DNA from: Octopus sinensis
Taxonomy: Eukaryota
DNA: 64,000 nt
Reading direction: 5' to 3'
Assembly (NCBI RefSeq): GCF_006345805.1
Contig: NC_043021.1
Location: 16,926,001 to 16,990,000, forward strand
Shown here: positions 39,701 to 50,894 of the stretch, piece by piece
How the letters are laid out: each line of letters opens with the position of its first letter
How positions within the stretch are numbered: the first letter of the stretch is position 1
Translations under genes and position numbers: made by a program
Notes under the pieces: model-generated
What the model was told of the DNA's origin: nothing
Seen by the model: the letters and a program-made list of their open reading frames with translations, nothing else
Database searches by the model: none

Positions 39701-42700
39701 CCAAGCAGAGAAAATTTGCATCTGGACCTTGCAAGCATGAAAATGCGAATCTTAAAATGATGTAATTTTTCTCTTCAGTTTTCATTTTTATTTAAGATTT
39801 CAAGATTTCTTTCTGCTAAATTAAAGGATTTCCAAGAATGCCGTAGACGATTAGTTGAGCGTGGAGAACTGTTCTTGGAGAAGGTGACCAAATCTCGTGA
39901 CAAGATAAGCAAATTGTGCAAACCTTTTCTTCGGGATGGAATGGTAAGTCCTCATCTTATTCCTTTCTTATGATTCTCAGCAAATGTAAGAACGGTGCAA
40001 AGGCGAATTTGACTGCTATTACTAGCAGGTCGAATGACCACGTAAAGGCTCTTTCATATGACAGTTGTAAGTCTTGTTGCTTAGCAACCAGGGCAATTCT
40101 GAGTGAAGGAGGTTTTTTTGCTGCTATTTTCAGCAGGACTAGTGACCACTAAATCCTCCCATGGTAGTTGTCAGTCTCGTTGGTTTACAACCAAGTGATT
40201 GAAGGAGATTTTGGCTGCTGTTTCTAGCAGATCAAGTGGCCACATAAAGGCTCCCTTATAAGACGTGTTTTTAGATACAAAAATATCCCATATATATCTT
40301 TTATATTTTACTTCTGCTAGTTGTTGGACTGTGGCCATGCTGGGGCACTACCCTGAAGATTTAGTTGAACAAGTCGGTTCCAGTATTTATTTTTTTAAAG
40401 TCTGGTATTTATGGCATTGGTTTTGTTTTGATGAATCACTAAGTTACAGGATATAAACAAACCAACACCATTTGTCAAACAGTAGGGGTAACAGTTCTGA
40501 GTTAAGGAGGTTTTTTTGCTGCTGTGTTTGGCACGACGAGTGACCACAAAACCTCCCTCCCATGATAGTTGTCAGTCTCATTGGTTTACAACCAAGTGAC
40601 TGAAGGAGATTTTAGCTGCTATTTCTAGCAGATCAAGTGGCTACCTAGGGGATGTCTTATCAGTTCATTGAGGAAATGGCAGGGTTGCGTTCTGACAGTT
40701 TGTGTGAGTATGTATGTATGGACAGCACAGTATTTAAAATAATCCCTCTTTAATGTGTCTCCCTATTCTCCATTCCACAGACTATACTCACCCATTCTCG
40801 GTCCCGTGTAGTGCTACAAGTCCTGAAGGAAGCAGCCCGCGACAAGAAGCGTTTCAATGTGTTCGTCACAGAATCAAGGCCAAACGAAAGCGGGTAAAAA
40901 CAGTTTCTCTTTAACCGTTTTAACACTAATTCTACCATTACAAAAATAGTTCCATTGATAACTTCCGTTGCACGTTATATCAGTACAAACATCTGGTGTC
41001 TTATCAAGAACGGCAAATTAGTTTTTGACCTCCATCTAAAGCTACATGAGGAAAAAGATGAAAGAAATACTTGGAATGGAAGCACTCCATCGGTTACGAC
41101 GACGAGGGTTCCGGTTGAACCGAATCAACGGAACAGCCTGCTCGTTAAATTAACGTGTAAGTGGCTGAGCACTCCACAGACACGTGTACCCTTAACGTAG
41201 TTCTCGGGGATATTCAGCGTGACACAGAGAGTGACAAGGCCAGCCCTTTGAAATACAGGTACAACAGAAACAGGAAGTAAGAGTGAGAGAAAGTTGTGGT
41301 GAAAGAGTACAGCAGGGATCACCACCATCCCTGCTGGAGCCTCGTGGAGCTTTAGGTGTTTTCGCTCAATAAACACTCACAACGCCCGGTCTGGGAATCG
41401 AAACCGCGATCCTATGACCGCGAGTCCGCTGCCCTAACCACTGGGCCATTGCGCCTCCACAAAAGAAATAGTTATTATCAGTTTTTGAGTTATTAAAGGA
41501 AAGATGAAGGGCTCTCGAAAGATTTTGTAATTTCTAAATACTGTATTTTCCAGCACACAAGTCATTGTAGTACATAGTGAAAACATATGTAAACATTCCA
41601 AATTTGTCGCTATTTTTCCATATTCTGCTACATTTCACATGGAATTTTTGGTCCTCCCAAAGTCGTCTCGGTGTATAAGTTGACCCAGGGTTGGACTGCG
41701 AGTATCAAGGGCCCTCGGGCATAACTTTACCGGGCCCCGTTGAATGTGTGTTTTAGTAGAGTTAACATGTAGTGTGCAGGGCCCTCGGGCAGTGCCCGAA
41801 TGACCGACGGCTCAGGCCACCCCTGACTTGAACTCCCTCATACAAATTGATGTTGTATCCAGTGTAAACATTCAAACATTGTCATTCATTATCATCCTTT
41901 AGCGTCCGTTTTCCATGCTGGTGTGGGTTGGACGGTTTGACCAGAGCTGGCAAGCCAGAGAGCTGCAGCAGGCTCCCTGTCTGATTTGGCTTGGTTTCTA
42001 TGGTTGGATGCCCTTTTTACGTGGCGCCAGCACCACATGACTCTTGCAGGCCAATCCTCCTTAGCAGGGAGAACAGCCTTAATACTTCTGCTGTGAAGGA
42101 TGGGTCTTCTTGTGTACAGCAATCATCATCCATCATTTAACATTCGTTGTCTATGCTGGCATGGATTGGCCGGTTTGACCAGGGCTGGCAAGCTGGAAGG
42201 CTGCACCAGACTCCAGTCTGATTTGGCACAGTTTCTACAGCCGGATGCCCTTCCTAACACCAACCACTCCAAATGTGTAATGGGTGATTTTACATTCTTA
42301 CATGCTACCTGTATCTTCCACGACTGTGTTTTTGCTTGGTTTGATGGGTCTTCTTCTCAAGCAGTCTAATTAAGCATGCTTTTCTATGGCTGGGTGCCCT
42401 TCCTAACACCAACCACTCCAAGAGTGTAATGACTGCTTTTACATGTCACTGGCACAGGTGCCATTTGTGTGGTGCCAGGTGTCTCAGTACTTTGTCATCT
42501 CATCTCAAAAGGTTCAATGTCTTCAGATCGACCTTCAGTACTTCGTTCCATGTCCTCCTGGGTCTCCCTCTTTGATGTGTCCCATCTAGTTTAAGAGATT
42601 GGCACTTCTTTATGGAGATGTCAGCATCCATCTTCTCCAGATGACCAAACCAGCACAGTCTTCTCTCTTGCACCCTATCTCTACTTCCTCTTATGCCTAA

Positions 42701-45700
42701 CTTCTCTCTCAATACACTTTGTTGAACATGTACACTTACATTATACAACCAGCACAGCATACTAGCCTCATTCCTATTGTCATTATTTTACCAAATTCTG
42801 TTGCATTTCACATGGAATTTTTGTTCCTCCAAAGTCATCTTTTATAATAATAAATGTGAAATTCTCTCTGCCCGGGATCCCTGTATCTCAGTCTACTTTT
42901 ACTCTACATAGACAGGATGATCCCAGGGTTAAAAATTTGCCCTTCATTTGGGTTCTTCATCCAGCATTGCAATCTGATTTAAAAGCATTTGGGTTGCTAT
43001 TTCTAGCAGGTAAAGCTTCACTGATTCACACCATCTTGGTTGGCATTTGTCAGATGAAGTCAGAGATTAATGAGAAGATGAACAACATTAACTTCGTTAA
43101 TTTTACATTGAGATAAGAACTTCGGGACAAATTGGCCAACAGTTGGAATTCAACTTGGAACTGAAACAACAGAATGATTGCACCACAGAATTAATTCTCA
43201 TCCACCCTTAACCTCTGATCAAACACCACCAGGCATATAGTCATTACAGACCTGTTATAGTCATGCTTTTTAGCTCTCTCTATACATTTGGGACACAGGC
43301 CCTATTATCCCTCTGCATGGAGTGTTCGCCATGGAGTGCAGCTTTTAAGTTAGTGTTGTATAAGTCAACCAACCTCATACAAGTCCACGTAGTATATGTT
43401 CTGAACATGTAGGATAAACATTCAAACATCTTTCCAAATCCTGTTGCCTTTCACATAGAATCTTTGATCCTCCAAAGTCATTTTGGTGTCTAAATTGACC
43501 GATGTGTTTTGGATGAAAATTTCAACTTGTATGTCGGAATACAGAGTAAATGTTTTTTGTTGTTGTTCTGAGTCTTTCTCTCTCTCTCTTTTCACAGACG
43601 TGTTTTGTGCAATGAGCTGAAGAAAGCAAACATCCCTACTCTGTTAATTCTAGATGCTGCTGTGAGGTGAGTATATGAATAATTAGTATGATTTTAATTA
43701 CTGGCATTAATTATCTTTATGACAATAATCATGTTATTAAAGAACTAATGAGTAATGAATAATGCTCAAGTATATATATGTGTATATTTCTATATATCAT
43801 CATCATCATCATCATCGTTTAACGTCCGTTCTCCATGCTAGCATGGGTTGGACGGTTCGACCGGGGATCTGGGAAGCCAGGAGGCTGCACCAGGCTCCAG
43901 TCTGATCTGGCAATGTTTCTACAGCTGGATGCCCTTCCTAATGCCAACCACTCTGTGAGTGTAGTGGGTGCTTTTTACGTGCCACCCGCACAGGTGCCAG
44001 GCGAGGCTGGCAACGGCCACAGTCGGATTGGTGCATTTTACGTGCCACCGGCACGGAAGCCAGTCGAGGCGGCACTTATATATAATTATCTCTCTCTCTT
44101 TGTCTATATCTATGTACAGTCCACGAAGGAGATCCAGAGAATCTCAGTATAAAAGACACTTAGTAGTGCTCACAAAAATTCAAGCTTAGATTCCAAAGTC
44201 TTTACAAGGGATTGATTCCACAGGGTAAAGAATGGCTATAAGAAGGATCAAGAGGGATCAGGTGGCGAGCTAGCAGAAACGTTAGCGCGCCGGGCGAAAT
44301 GCTTAGCGGTATTTCGTCTGTCGTTACGTTCTGAGTTCAAATTCCGCCGAGGTCGACTTTGCCTTTCATCCTCTCGGGGTCGATAAATAAAGTACCAGTT
44401 TCGCACTGGGTCGATGTAATCGCCGTAATCCCTTTGTCTGTCCTTGTTTTTCCCCTCTATGTTTAGCCCCTTGTGGGTAGTAAAGAAATATATAAGAGGG
44501 ATCAAGTTGAGTGGATATAGGGGCAGTTATATATCTATATATTAACCCTTTAGCATTCAGATCATTCTGTCAAATGAAATGCTTATTTATTTACATGAAA
44601 TTAATCCTGGATTATCTTGTATTTTTGAGATTTTGATGTTATAACTGACATTGTAGGGTAGGTGTGAGAGGCAAGATCTGGCCGGTTTAAATGCTAAAGG
44701 GTTAAATATAATACTTTGGGCATGAAACACAAAATATAAAATAATAATGAAATTATTGTATACAGTGCTCAGGTGCACCACAACTTGTCAGAGTATATGC
44801 AGTAATGTACAAATGTCTGGAAAGCGAACAATGCATGAGTCAGATACATGCTTGTGTGTGTATGGAGGGGAGGAGAAAATCAGGTGTAGTGTTGGTGAAT
44901 CTCAGGAAGCATGGAAGTTTTGAAGGATGCAGTGCTCCGACAACTAACAACTGATGCCGGCAGTTTGTGCCATGCTTCAGCAACTCTCAGCGTGAAAAAA
45001 TGTTTCCTGAAGTCATGGGAGCTGTGCTGTTTTCTGACTTTGTAAATATGTCCACGGGTGTTAGATGGGTGTATATGCGAAGTTGGCTGCTGCGACTTTC
45101 CATCTAGATTGGTGTGCTATTTCTTGCAGAGAATAAGTCTGGAACCCAGATAACTGCAGAAAGCCATCAGAGAAATAGGTCTGGCAGCTGAAACTAGCTC
45201 AAGGCGGCTATGGTTGATAAGAGACTGCAAATGGAGCCCATCGATAGGTAAAGACTAGCTCAAATCCTCGCTGCCCCACTCAGGTGAAGTGTACAGACTA
45301 AAGGGTGAAATGCGGTTCTATAATTAAGAGATGAGGAATTATTTACATTGTTTACATTTTACGGATATTTGTCCTTACCTTGTTTGTTGTTAACACAACA
45401 ATTCGGCTGATATACCCTCCAGCCTTCATCAGGTGTCTTGGGGAAATTTCGAACCTGGGCATATGGCTTAGTGGTTAAGAGCGCAGGCTACTAACCCCAA
45501 GATTCTGAGTTCGATTCCAGGCAGTGACCTGAATAATAATAACAACATTGAAAAATACCTTAGGAATGAGAACCCAGGTTCGAAATTTCCCCCAAGACAC
45601 CTGATGAAGGCTGGAGGGTATATCAGCCAAAACCTGTTAACAACAAACAAGACGAGGACAAATATCCATGCAATGTAAATAATATAAAGGGTGAAATGTT

Positions 45701-48700
45701 TGTGACCCCGAGACACCTACTGCTGAGATGGAAAGGTTTCCAGCATTGCATTAGATTTAGAAGAGATTGCAAAACATCTCAGTAGCTCATGCAGTTTTTG
45801 AATGGGGCAGACCATCTTTCATGTTTATTTTACCTGTATGCACCTGTATTCTTTTGCAGTTCTGTCATGCCAGATGTTGATCTGGTTCTTGTTGGTGCTG
45901 AAAGTGTTGTAGAAAGTGGCGGAATCATCAACAGGGTAATGTATTGCTTTTTTTTCTTTTTCTTTATTTTCTTTCTTTCTTTTTTTATTTTTTTTACCAA
46001 TTCTTAGTTGTCGTTTATTTGTCAAATGAATCAGATGGGGACATGCTATGTCCTCTCTCTACCTGCTCTAACCCTACTACAGTGGCCTCTGCTCATCAGA
46101 ACTACCAACTTAGATCTTACCTCTACACAGTGTTACATAACACACCTGATTTTCCTCCGCCTCCTCCTCTTGTCCAATGTCCTGTGTCTCACCTGACAAA
46201 GGCCTCCCATGTTGTTATCTTCACTCAACACTAACTTCCCTGCAATGGAATCTCTCTCTAAAATTTCCTTCTCATATAAATACTCCCCCCCCCCCTCGGA
46301 CATAGTTATATGGTTTAGAAGTTTGCTTCCAGCCACTTAGTTTTGGATTCAGTCACACTGTATGGCACCTTGGGCAAGTTTCTGCTATACCCTGGGCTGA
46401 CCGAAGCCTAGTGAGTGGATTTGATAGACAGAAACTGAAAGGTCATGTGTGTGTGTGCGTCTTGTCTTGACAGGAGTAAACAAGGGTCACTGTGACACAA
46501 GTGTTTTTCCAATCCTCCATAAAACATGTCTGGTCATGGGGAAATAGGCGAGGGTTGGCAACAGGAAGGGCATCCATCTGTAGAAAATCTACCTCAAAAT
46601 AGGCAGCGGGCTGGCAGAAATGTTAGCGCACCAGGTGAAATGCTTAGTGGTATTTCGTCTGTCATTATGTTCTGAGTTCAAATTCCACCGAGGTCGACTT
46701 TGCCTTTCATCCTTTTGGGGTCGATAAATAAAGTGCCAGTTACGCACTGGGGTTGATGTAATCGACTTAATCCCTTTGTCTGTCCTTGTTTGTCCCCTCT
46801 GTGTTTAGCCCCTTATGGGTAATAAAGAAATAGGTATTTCGTCTGCCGTTACGTTCTGAGTTCAAATTCCACCGAGGTCGACTTTGCCTTTCATCCTTTT
46901 GGGGTCGATAAATAAAGTGCCAGTTACGCACTGGGGTTGATGTAATCGACTTAATCCCTTTGTCTGTCCTTGTTTGTCCCCTCTATGTTTAGCCCCTTCT
47001 GGGCAGTAAAGAAAGAAATCTACCTCAATGAACTCTGTCTGACCCATGCAAGCATAGAAAAGTGATGATGTGTGGCTTGAAATTGCACAAGGACTTTAGA
47101 ATGAGAGCCAGATGTATTCACTGATCCCCTGCCTCTAATTTTCTAGGGTCTGTATAAGGTCCTTGTACAATTTTAAATCTGTAACTGAAAATTGCACAAT
47201 AATAACTTTATAACGAATTGGATATTTTTCCTACCCCCCACCCACCCACCCCACCCCCACCACTGCAAAATCTTGATTATATTAAACCTTTAACATTTAA
47301 ATGAACCGTGCCTGGCCCAAATATTCTACCTGTTTTATGTTCAGACTGGCCAGATGTGGCCTCTCGCACCTACCCTACAATGTCCTTCTAAAACTACACA
47401 TTCACATCATCAAAATTTCAAAACTGTGAGATAATACATAATTAATGCAAAACAATGTAAATAAATAAATATTACATTTGACAGAATAATCTGAATGCTA
47501 AGGGGTTAAAAATGAATTAAAATACAATAAGCAGTGTATCCGTTAAGAAATAGTGGCACCTAAAAAGCATCATCCGTATGTGGTCGATGCCAGCGCCACC
47601 CCGACTGACCTCCATGCCAGTGGCATGTAAAAAGCACCAACCGATCGTGGCCGTTGCCAGCCTCCCCTGGCACTTGTGCTGGGGGCACGTAAAAAGCACC
47701 CACTACACTCATGGAGTGGTTGGTTGGTGTTAGGAAGGGCATCCATCTGTAGAAACACTGCCAAATCAGACTGGAGTCCGGTGCAGCCTCCTGGCTTCCC
47801 AGACCCGGGTCGAACTGTGCAACCCGTGCTAGCATGGAAAACGGACGTTAAATGATGATGATTTCATGATTTTTACTTATTTATGATGACCATTTCTTTT
47901 CATTGAATTTTTAGATTGGTACCTTCAACATTGCTCTTGCTGCCAAAGCCTTCAACAAACCAGTTTATGTCGTGGCCGAATTCTTCAAGTTTGCTCGGTT
48001 CTTCCCCCTCACTCAAAAAGACCTCCCCAAGAAATTTGAAGTAAGTCTATTTCCAGATCGGCACACCCTTCTCCCTTTTTTTTTTTTTTCTTTTTTTGTC
48101 ATTTAGTTTTTGCTGTTTAATTCCATGTCAGTTTTGAGATCTGATAAATGTATGATGATAGGTTGTTCCAACCAGGGCCATCCATAAAAGAAAGAAACAA
48201 AGAAATTTCTAGCGTTTTTGACAAGCTAGAATGATAACACTGCCAAAAAGGTGCAGATGTGGTTTCGGGTTCCATCTTGCTGTGTGGCACCATGTGCAGC
48301 TGTTTTCTGTTGTATCCTAGAGCTGACCAAAGCCTTGTGAGTAAATTTGGTAAATGGACACTGAAAGAAACCCATTGTATATATGTGTCCTTGTCTTGAG
48401 ATTGCACAAAAGTTGTAAATGCACATCACTGCCATCCATTTCCAATATGCTGCAAAAACATGTCTGGCCATGGGGGGAATATTACCTTGACTGGAAACAG
48501 ATGAGGGTTAGCTACAGAAAGAGCATCTGGCTGTAGAAAATCTGCCTCATCGAATTCCATCTGAACCATGCATGCATGGGGAAATAGTTGATGTTTCTTA
48601 ATTCTTTATTGCCCACAAGGGGCTAAACATAGAGGGGACAAACAAGGACGGACAAAGGGATTAAGTCGATTACATCAACCTGCAGTGCATAACTGGTACT

Positions 48701-49927
48701 TAATTTATCGACCCCGAAAGGATGAAAGGCAAAGTCAACCTCGACGGAATTTGAACTCAGAATGTAATAGATGAAATACCGCTAAGGATTTCGCCTGGGC
48801 TGCTAACGTTTCTTATTTCTTTATTGCTCACAAGGGGATAAACAAAGGGATTAAGTTGATTACATCGACCCCAGTGCATAACTGGTACTTAATTTATCAA
48901 CACACCACAGAGTGGGCTGAGTGCTTTTTACGTGGCACTCGCACAGACGAGGTCAGTTTTGGTGGGGTTTTTTCACAGCTGGATGCCTTTCCAAATGCCA
49001 ACCAGTTTACAGTGTGGACTGGGTGCTTTTAAGTGGCACCTACACTGGTAGGGGTCACCAAGTGACTTTGCAAGAAAAGGGGTCTTTGAGAGGAAAGTGG
49101 GGCATTGGAGGAAGGAATCTTGTTGCATAACAAAATACTGCATCCCTACAAGTCCTTATTACTTATAAATCTTCCATAAATACATAAAACCCCTTGGGTA
49201 TAATTTATATAAATTTGTGTTTGTGTGAATTTGTAAATACACATTTATAAATTTCTTTGGCCATTTGTGCATGTGATGTGTAGTGTATGGATAAAGACAT
49301 TTAGAAGAAATTTAGGAGTGGCTGTGTGATAAGTAGCTTGCTTACCAACCACATGGTTCCGGGTTCAGTCCCACTGCATGGCACCTTGGGCAAGTGTCTT
49401 CTACTATAGCCTTGGGCCGACCAAAGCCTTGTGAGTTGATTTGGTAGATGGAAACTGAAAGAAGCCCGTCGTATATATGTGTTTGTATGTCTGTGTTTGT
49501 CCCCCCCAACATCGCTTCACAACCGATGCTGGTGTGTTTACGTCCCCGTAACTTAGCAGATCGGCAAAAGAGACCGATAGAATAAGTACTAGGCTAACAA
49601 GAATAAGTCCTGGGGTCGACTTGTTCGACTAAAGGCAGTGCCCTAGCATGGCCGCAGTCAAATGACTGAAACAAGTAAAAGAGTATATGGTGATGATGCT
49701 CTGCCGATTATGCCACGCCCTTGTAACCTGTAGGTTTTTCTTTTTCCTGCTAACGTTTGTTTTCTTATTCTTCATTTCAGTACAAAGCATCCTTGGAAAA
49801 TGACACAGATTTGAAACATCCAGCAGTTGACTATACTCCCCCCAATTACATGACACTGTTGTTCACAGATCTTGGAATCTTATTACCATCAGCCGTTAGT
49901 GACGAACTTATTAAACTTTACAGCTAA
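33751..49927 (+). CDS. EIF2B1: Translation initiation factor eIF-2B subunit alpha, complete, 9 coding exons, 301 aa
   Basis: Exons: 33751-33766, 35881-35982, 36986-37125, 39827-39943, 40781-40893, 43598-43666, 45860-45935, 47915-48040, 49781-49927. Total 906 nt, all GT-AG, in frame. The translation includes [64 protein letters not shown] and [22 protein letters not shown]. Confidence 0.96.
36013..36945 (+). mobile_element. Rearranged Penelope-tail SINE copies interrupted by a (CAT)n-tailed SINE (36143-36360) and an RTE fragment
   Basis: Inverted and forward tail pieces at 36013-36131, and a forward tail at 36365-36517 that resumes at 36922. The hammerhead-like core is intact at about 36437-36482. 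Confidence 0.6.
36518..36911 (-). mobile_element. 5'-truncated RTE-clade LINE 3' end with 10-bp target-site duplication
   Basis: The translation [17 protein letters not shown]...[34 protein letters not shown] is typical of RTE ORF C-termini. TGTCAAATGT occurs at 36508-36517 and 36912-36921. Confidence 0.85.
37150..37553 (-). mobile_element. SINE family A, full-length copy
   Basis: Reverse complement of the family A consensus. Confidence 0.85.
37967..38363 (+). mobile_element. SINE family A, full-length copy
   Basis: Matches the family A consensus and is inverted relative to 37150-37553. Confidence 0.85.
39344..39572 (+). mobile_element. tRNA-derived SINE family B
   Basis: Head GGCGGCGAGCTGGCAGAA..GAGTTCAAATTCC, core GCCTTTCATCCTTTCGGGGTCGATAAA and tail AAAGAAAT. 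Other copies lie at about 14226-14452(-), 15230-15850(-), 23619-23829, 44260-44490, 48600-48810(-), 52680-52888(-), 58384-58760(-) and 63675-63890. Confidence 0.85.
41082..41460 (-). mobile_element. tRNA-derived SINE family D
   Basis: Minus-strand head GGAGGCGCAATGGCCCAGTGGTTAGGGC..GGTTTCGATTCCC. Related copies and chimeras lie at about 7995-8373, 23420-23970, 52128-52443, 57279-57590 and 61875-62163. Confidence 0.8.
41686..41825. mobile_element. hAT-like MITE
   Basis: 13-bp TIRs CAGGGTTGGACTG and CAGGGGTGGCCTG (11/13 match), flanks AGTTGACC and ACTTGAAC (6/8 match), and an internal GGGCCCTCGGGCA repeat. Confidence 0.55.
42495..42775 (-). mobile_element. RTE/RTE-X LINE ORF C-terminal fragment
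   Basis: LREKLGI...[13 protein letters not shown]...[12 protein letters not shown] motif. A related degenerate fragment lies on the + strand at about 56655-56840. Confidence 0.75.
44542..44705. mobile_element. Second piggyBac-like MITE family
   Basis: TTAA-CCCTTTAGCATT...AATGCTAAAGGG-TTAA, a 12-bp TIR. Relatives lie at about 15099-15940, 17037-17760, 22750-22966 and 47283-47508. Confidence 0.7.
44745..45070 (-). mobile_element. CR1/L2-type LINE 3' fragment (second copy)
   Basis: Aligns by eye with 6290-6640. Confidence 0.7.
45313..45684 (+). mobile_element. tRNA-headed SINE with Penelope-like hammerhead-bearing tail and inverted tail copy
   Basis: Flanked by a 14-bp direct repeat TAAAGGGTGAAATG (45299-45312 and 45685-45698). 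Inverted tail at about 45340-45459. tRNA-like head at 45460-45531 with A box TGGCTTAGTGG and B box GAGTTCGATTCC. An (AAT)n linker precedes a tail with GACAC-CTGATGA-A-GGCTG..CAGCC. Confidence 0.72.
46598..47015 (+). mobile_element. Dimeric SINE family B with 13-bp TSD
   Basis: AAATCTACCTCAA at 46585-46597 and 47016-47028, with an internal 184-bp tandem duplication. Confidence 0.8.
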
Positions 49928-49961
49928 ACTAAATTAAAAGTTTTAAAAAGAAAAGGACACC

Positions 49962-49967
49962 AATAAA
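49962..49967 (+). terminator. Candidate polyadenylation signal of EIF2B1
   Basis: AATAAA 35 nt after the stop codon. Confidence 0.5.
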
Positions 49968-50894
49968 ACTTATTTTAATAACATTTGAGAAACGGAGTTC
50001 TTTCCATCACAGAAAACAGAAGTGATTTTGCAACATTGTGTGTTTGTCAGTAGGTAAAGGTTAGCAACAGGAAAGGCATCCAACCATAACCCCAAAATGG
50101 GTTTCAAATTTTGGCACAAGGCCAGCAAAATTTGGGGGAAGGGGTTAAGCTGGTAACATAAACCCCCATATTCAACTGGTACTTACTTTATCGACCCTGG
50201 AAGAATGGAAAGCAAAGCTGAGCCCCAGCAGAATTTGAACTCAGAACATAAAGATGGACAAAATGCTATTAATTAGGTGCAGGAGTGGTTGTGTGGTAAG
50301 TAGCTTACTTACCAACCACATGGTTCCGGGTTCAGTCCCACTGCGTGACACCATGGGCAAGTGTCTTCTGCTACAGCCTTGGGCCGACCAAAGCCTTGTG
50401 AGTGGATTTGGTAGACGGAAACTGAAAGAAGCCCGTCGTATATATATATATATGTGTTTGTGTGTCTGTGTTTATCTCCCCAGCATCGCTTGACAACTGA
50501 TGCTGGTGTGTTTACATCCCCGTAACTTAGCAGTTTGGCAAAAGAGACCAATAGAATGAGTACTAGACTTACAAAAGAATAAGTCCTGGGGTCGATTTGC
50601 TCGATTAAAGGCAGTGCTCCAGCATGGTCACAGTCACATGACTGAAACAAGTGAGAGAGAGTAAAGAGTGCCTGTATGTCTTCGACTTCACAGTTTGACA
50701 AATAAAGAACAATAAAATAAGAACTGTTAGTACTAAACTGAAGAAGTTAAAGCCCCAGCATGGCCGTAATTCAGTGACTCAAAATCAGTAAAAAGAATAA
50801 GATAAAAATTAAACAAAGAGAGACATGAAAAAATATATAAACTATTTATCTTTAGCAAAAAAAAAAAATTTTTTTTTCAAAAACCGCAAAATTT

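Noticed and set aside
41385-41460. tRNA-like sequences (also 20322, 45460, 52370 and others)
   Set aside because: They have A/B boxes but no proper acceptor stem and continue into SINE bodies, so they are SINE heads rather than tRNA genes.
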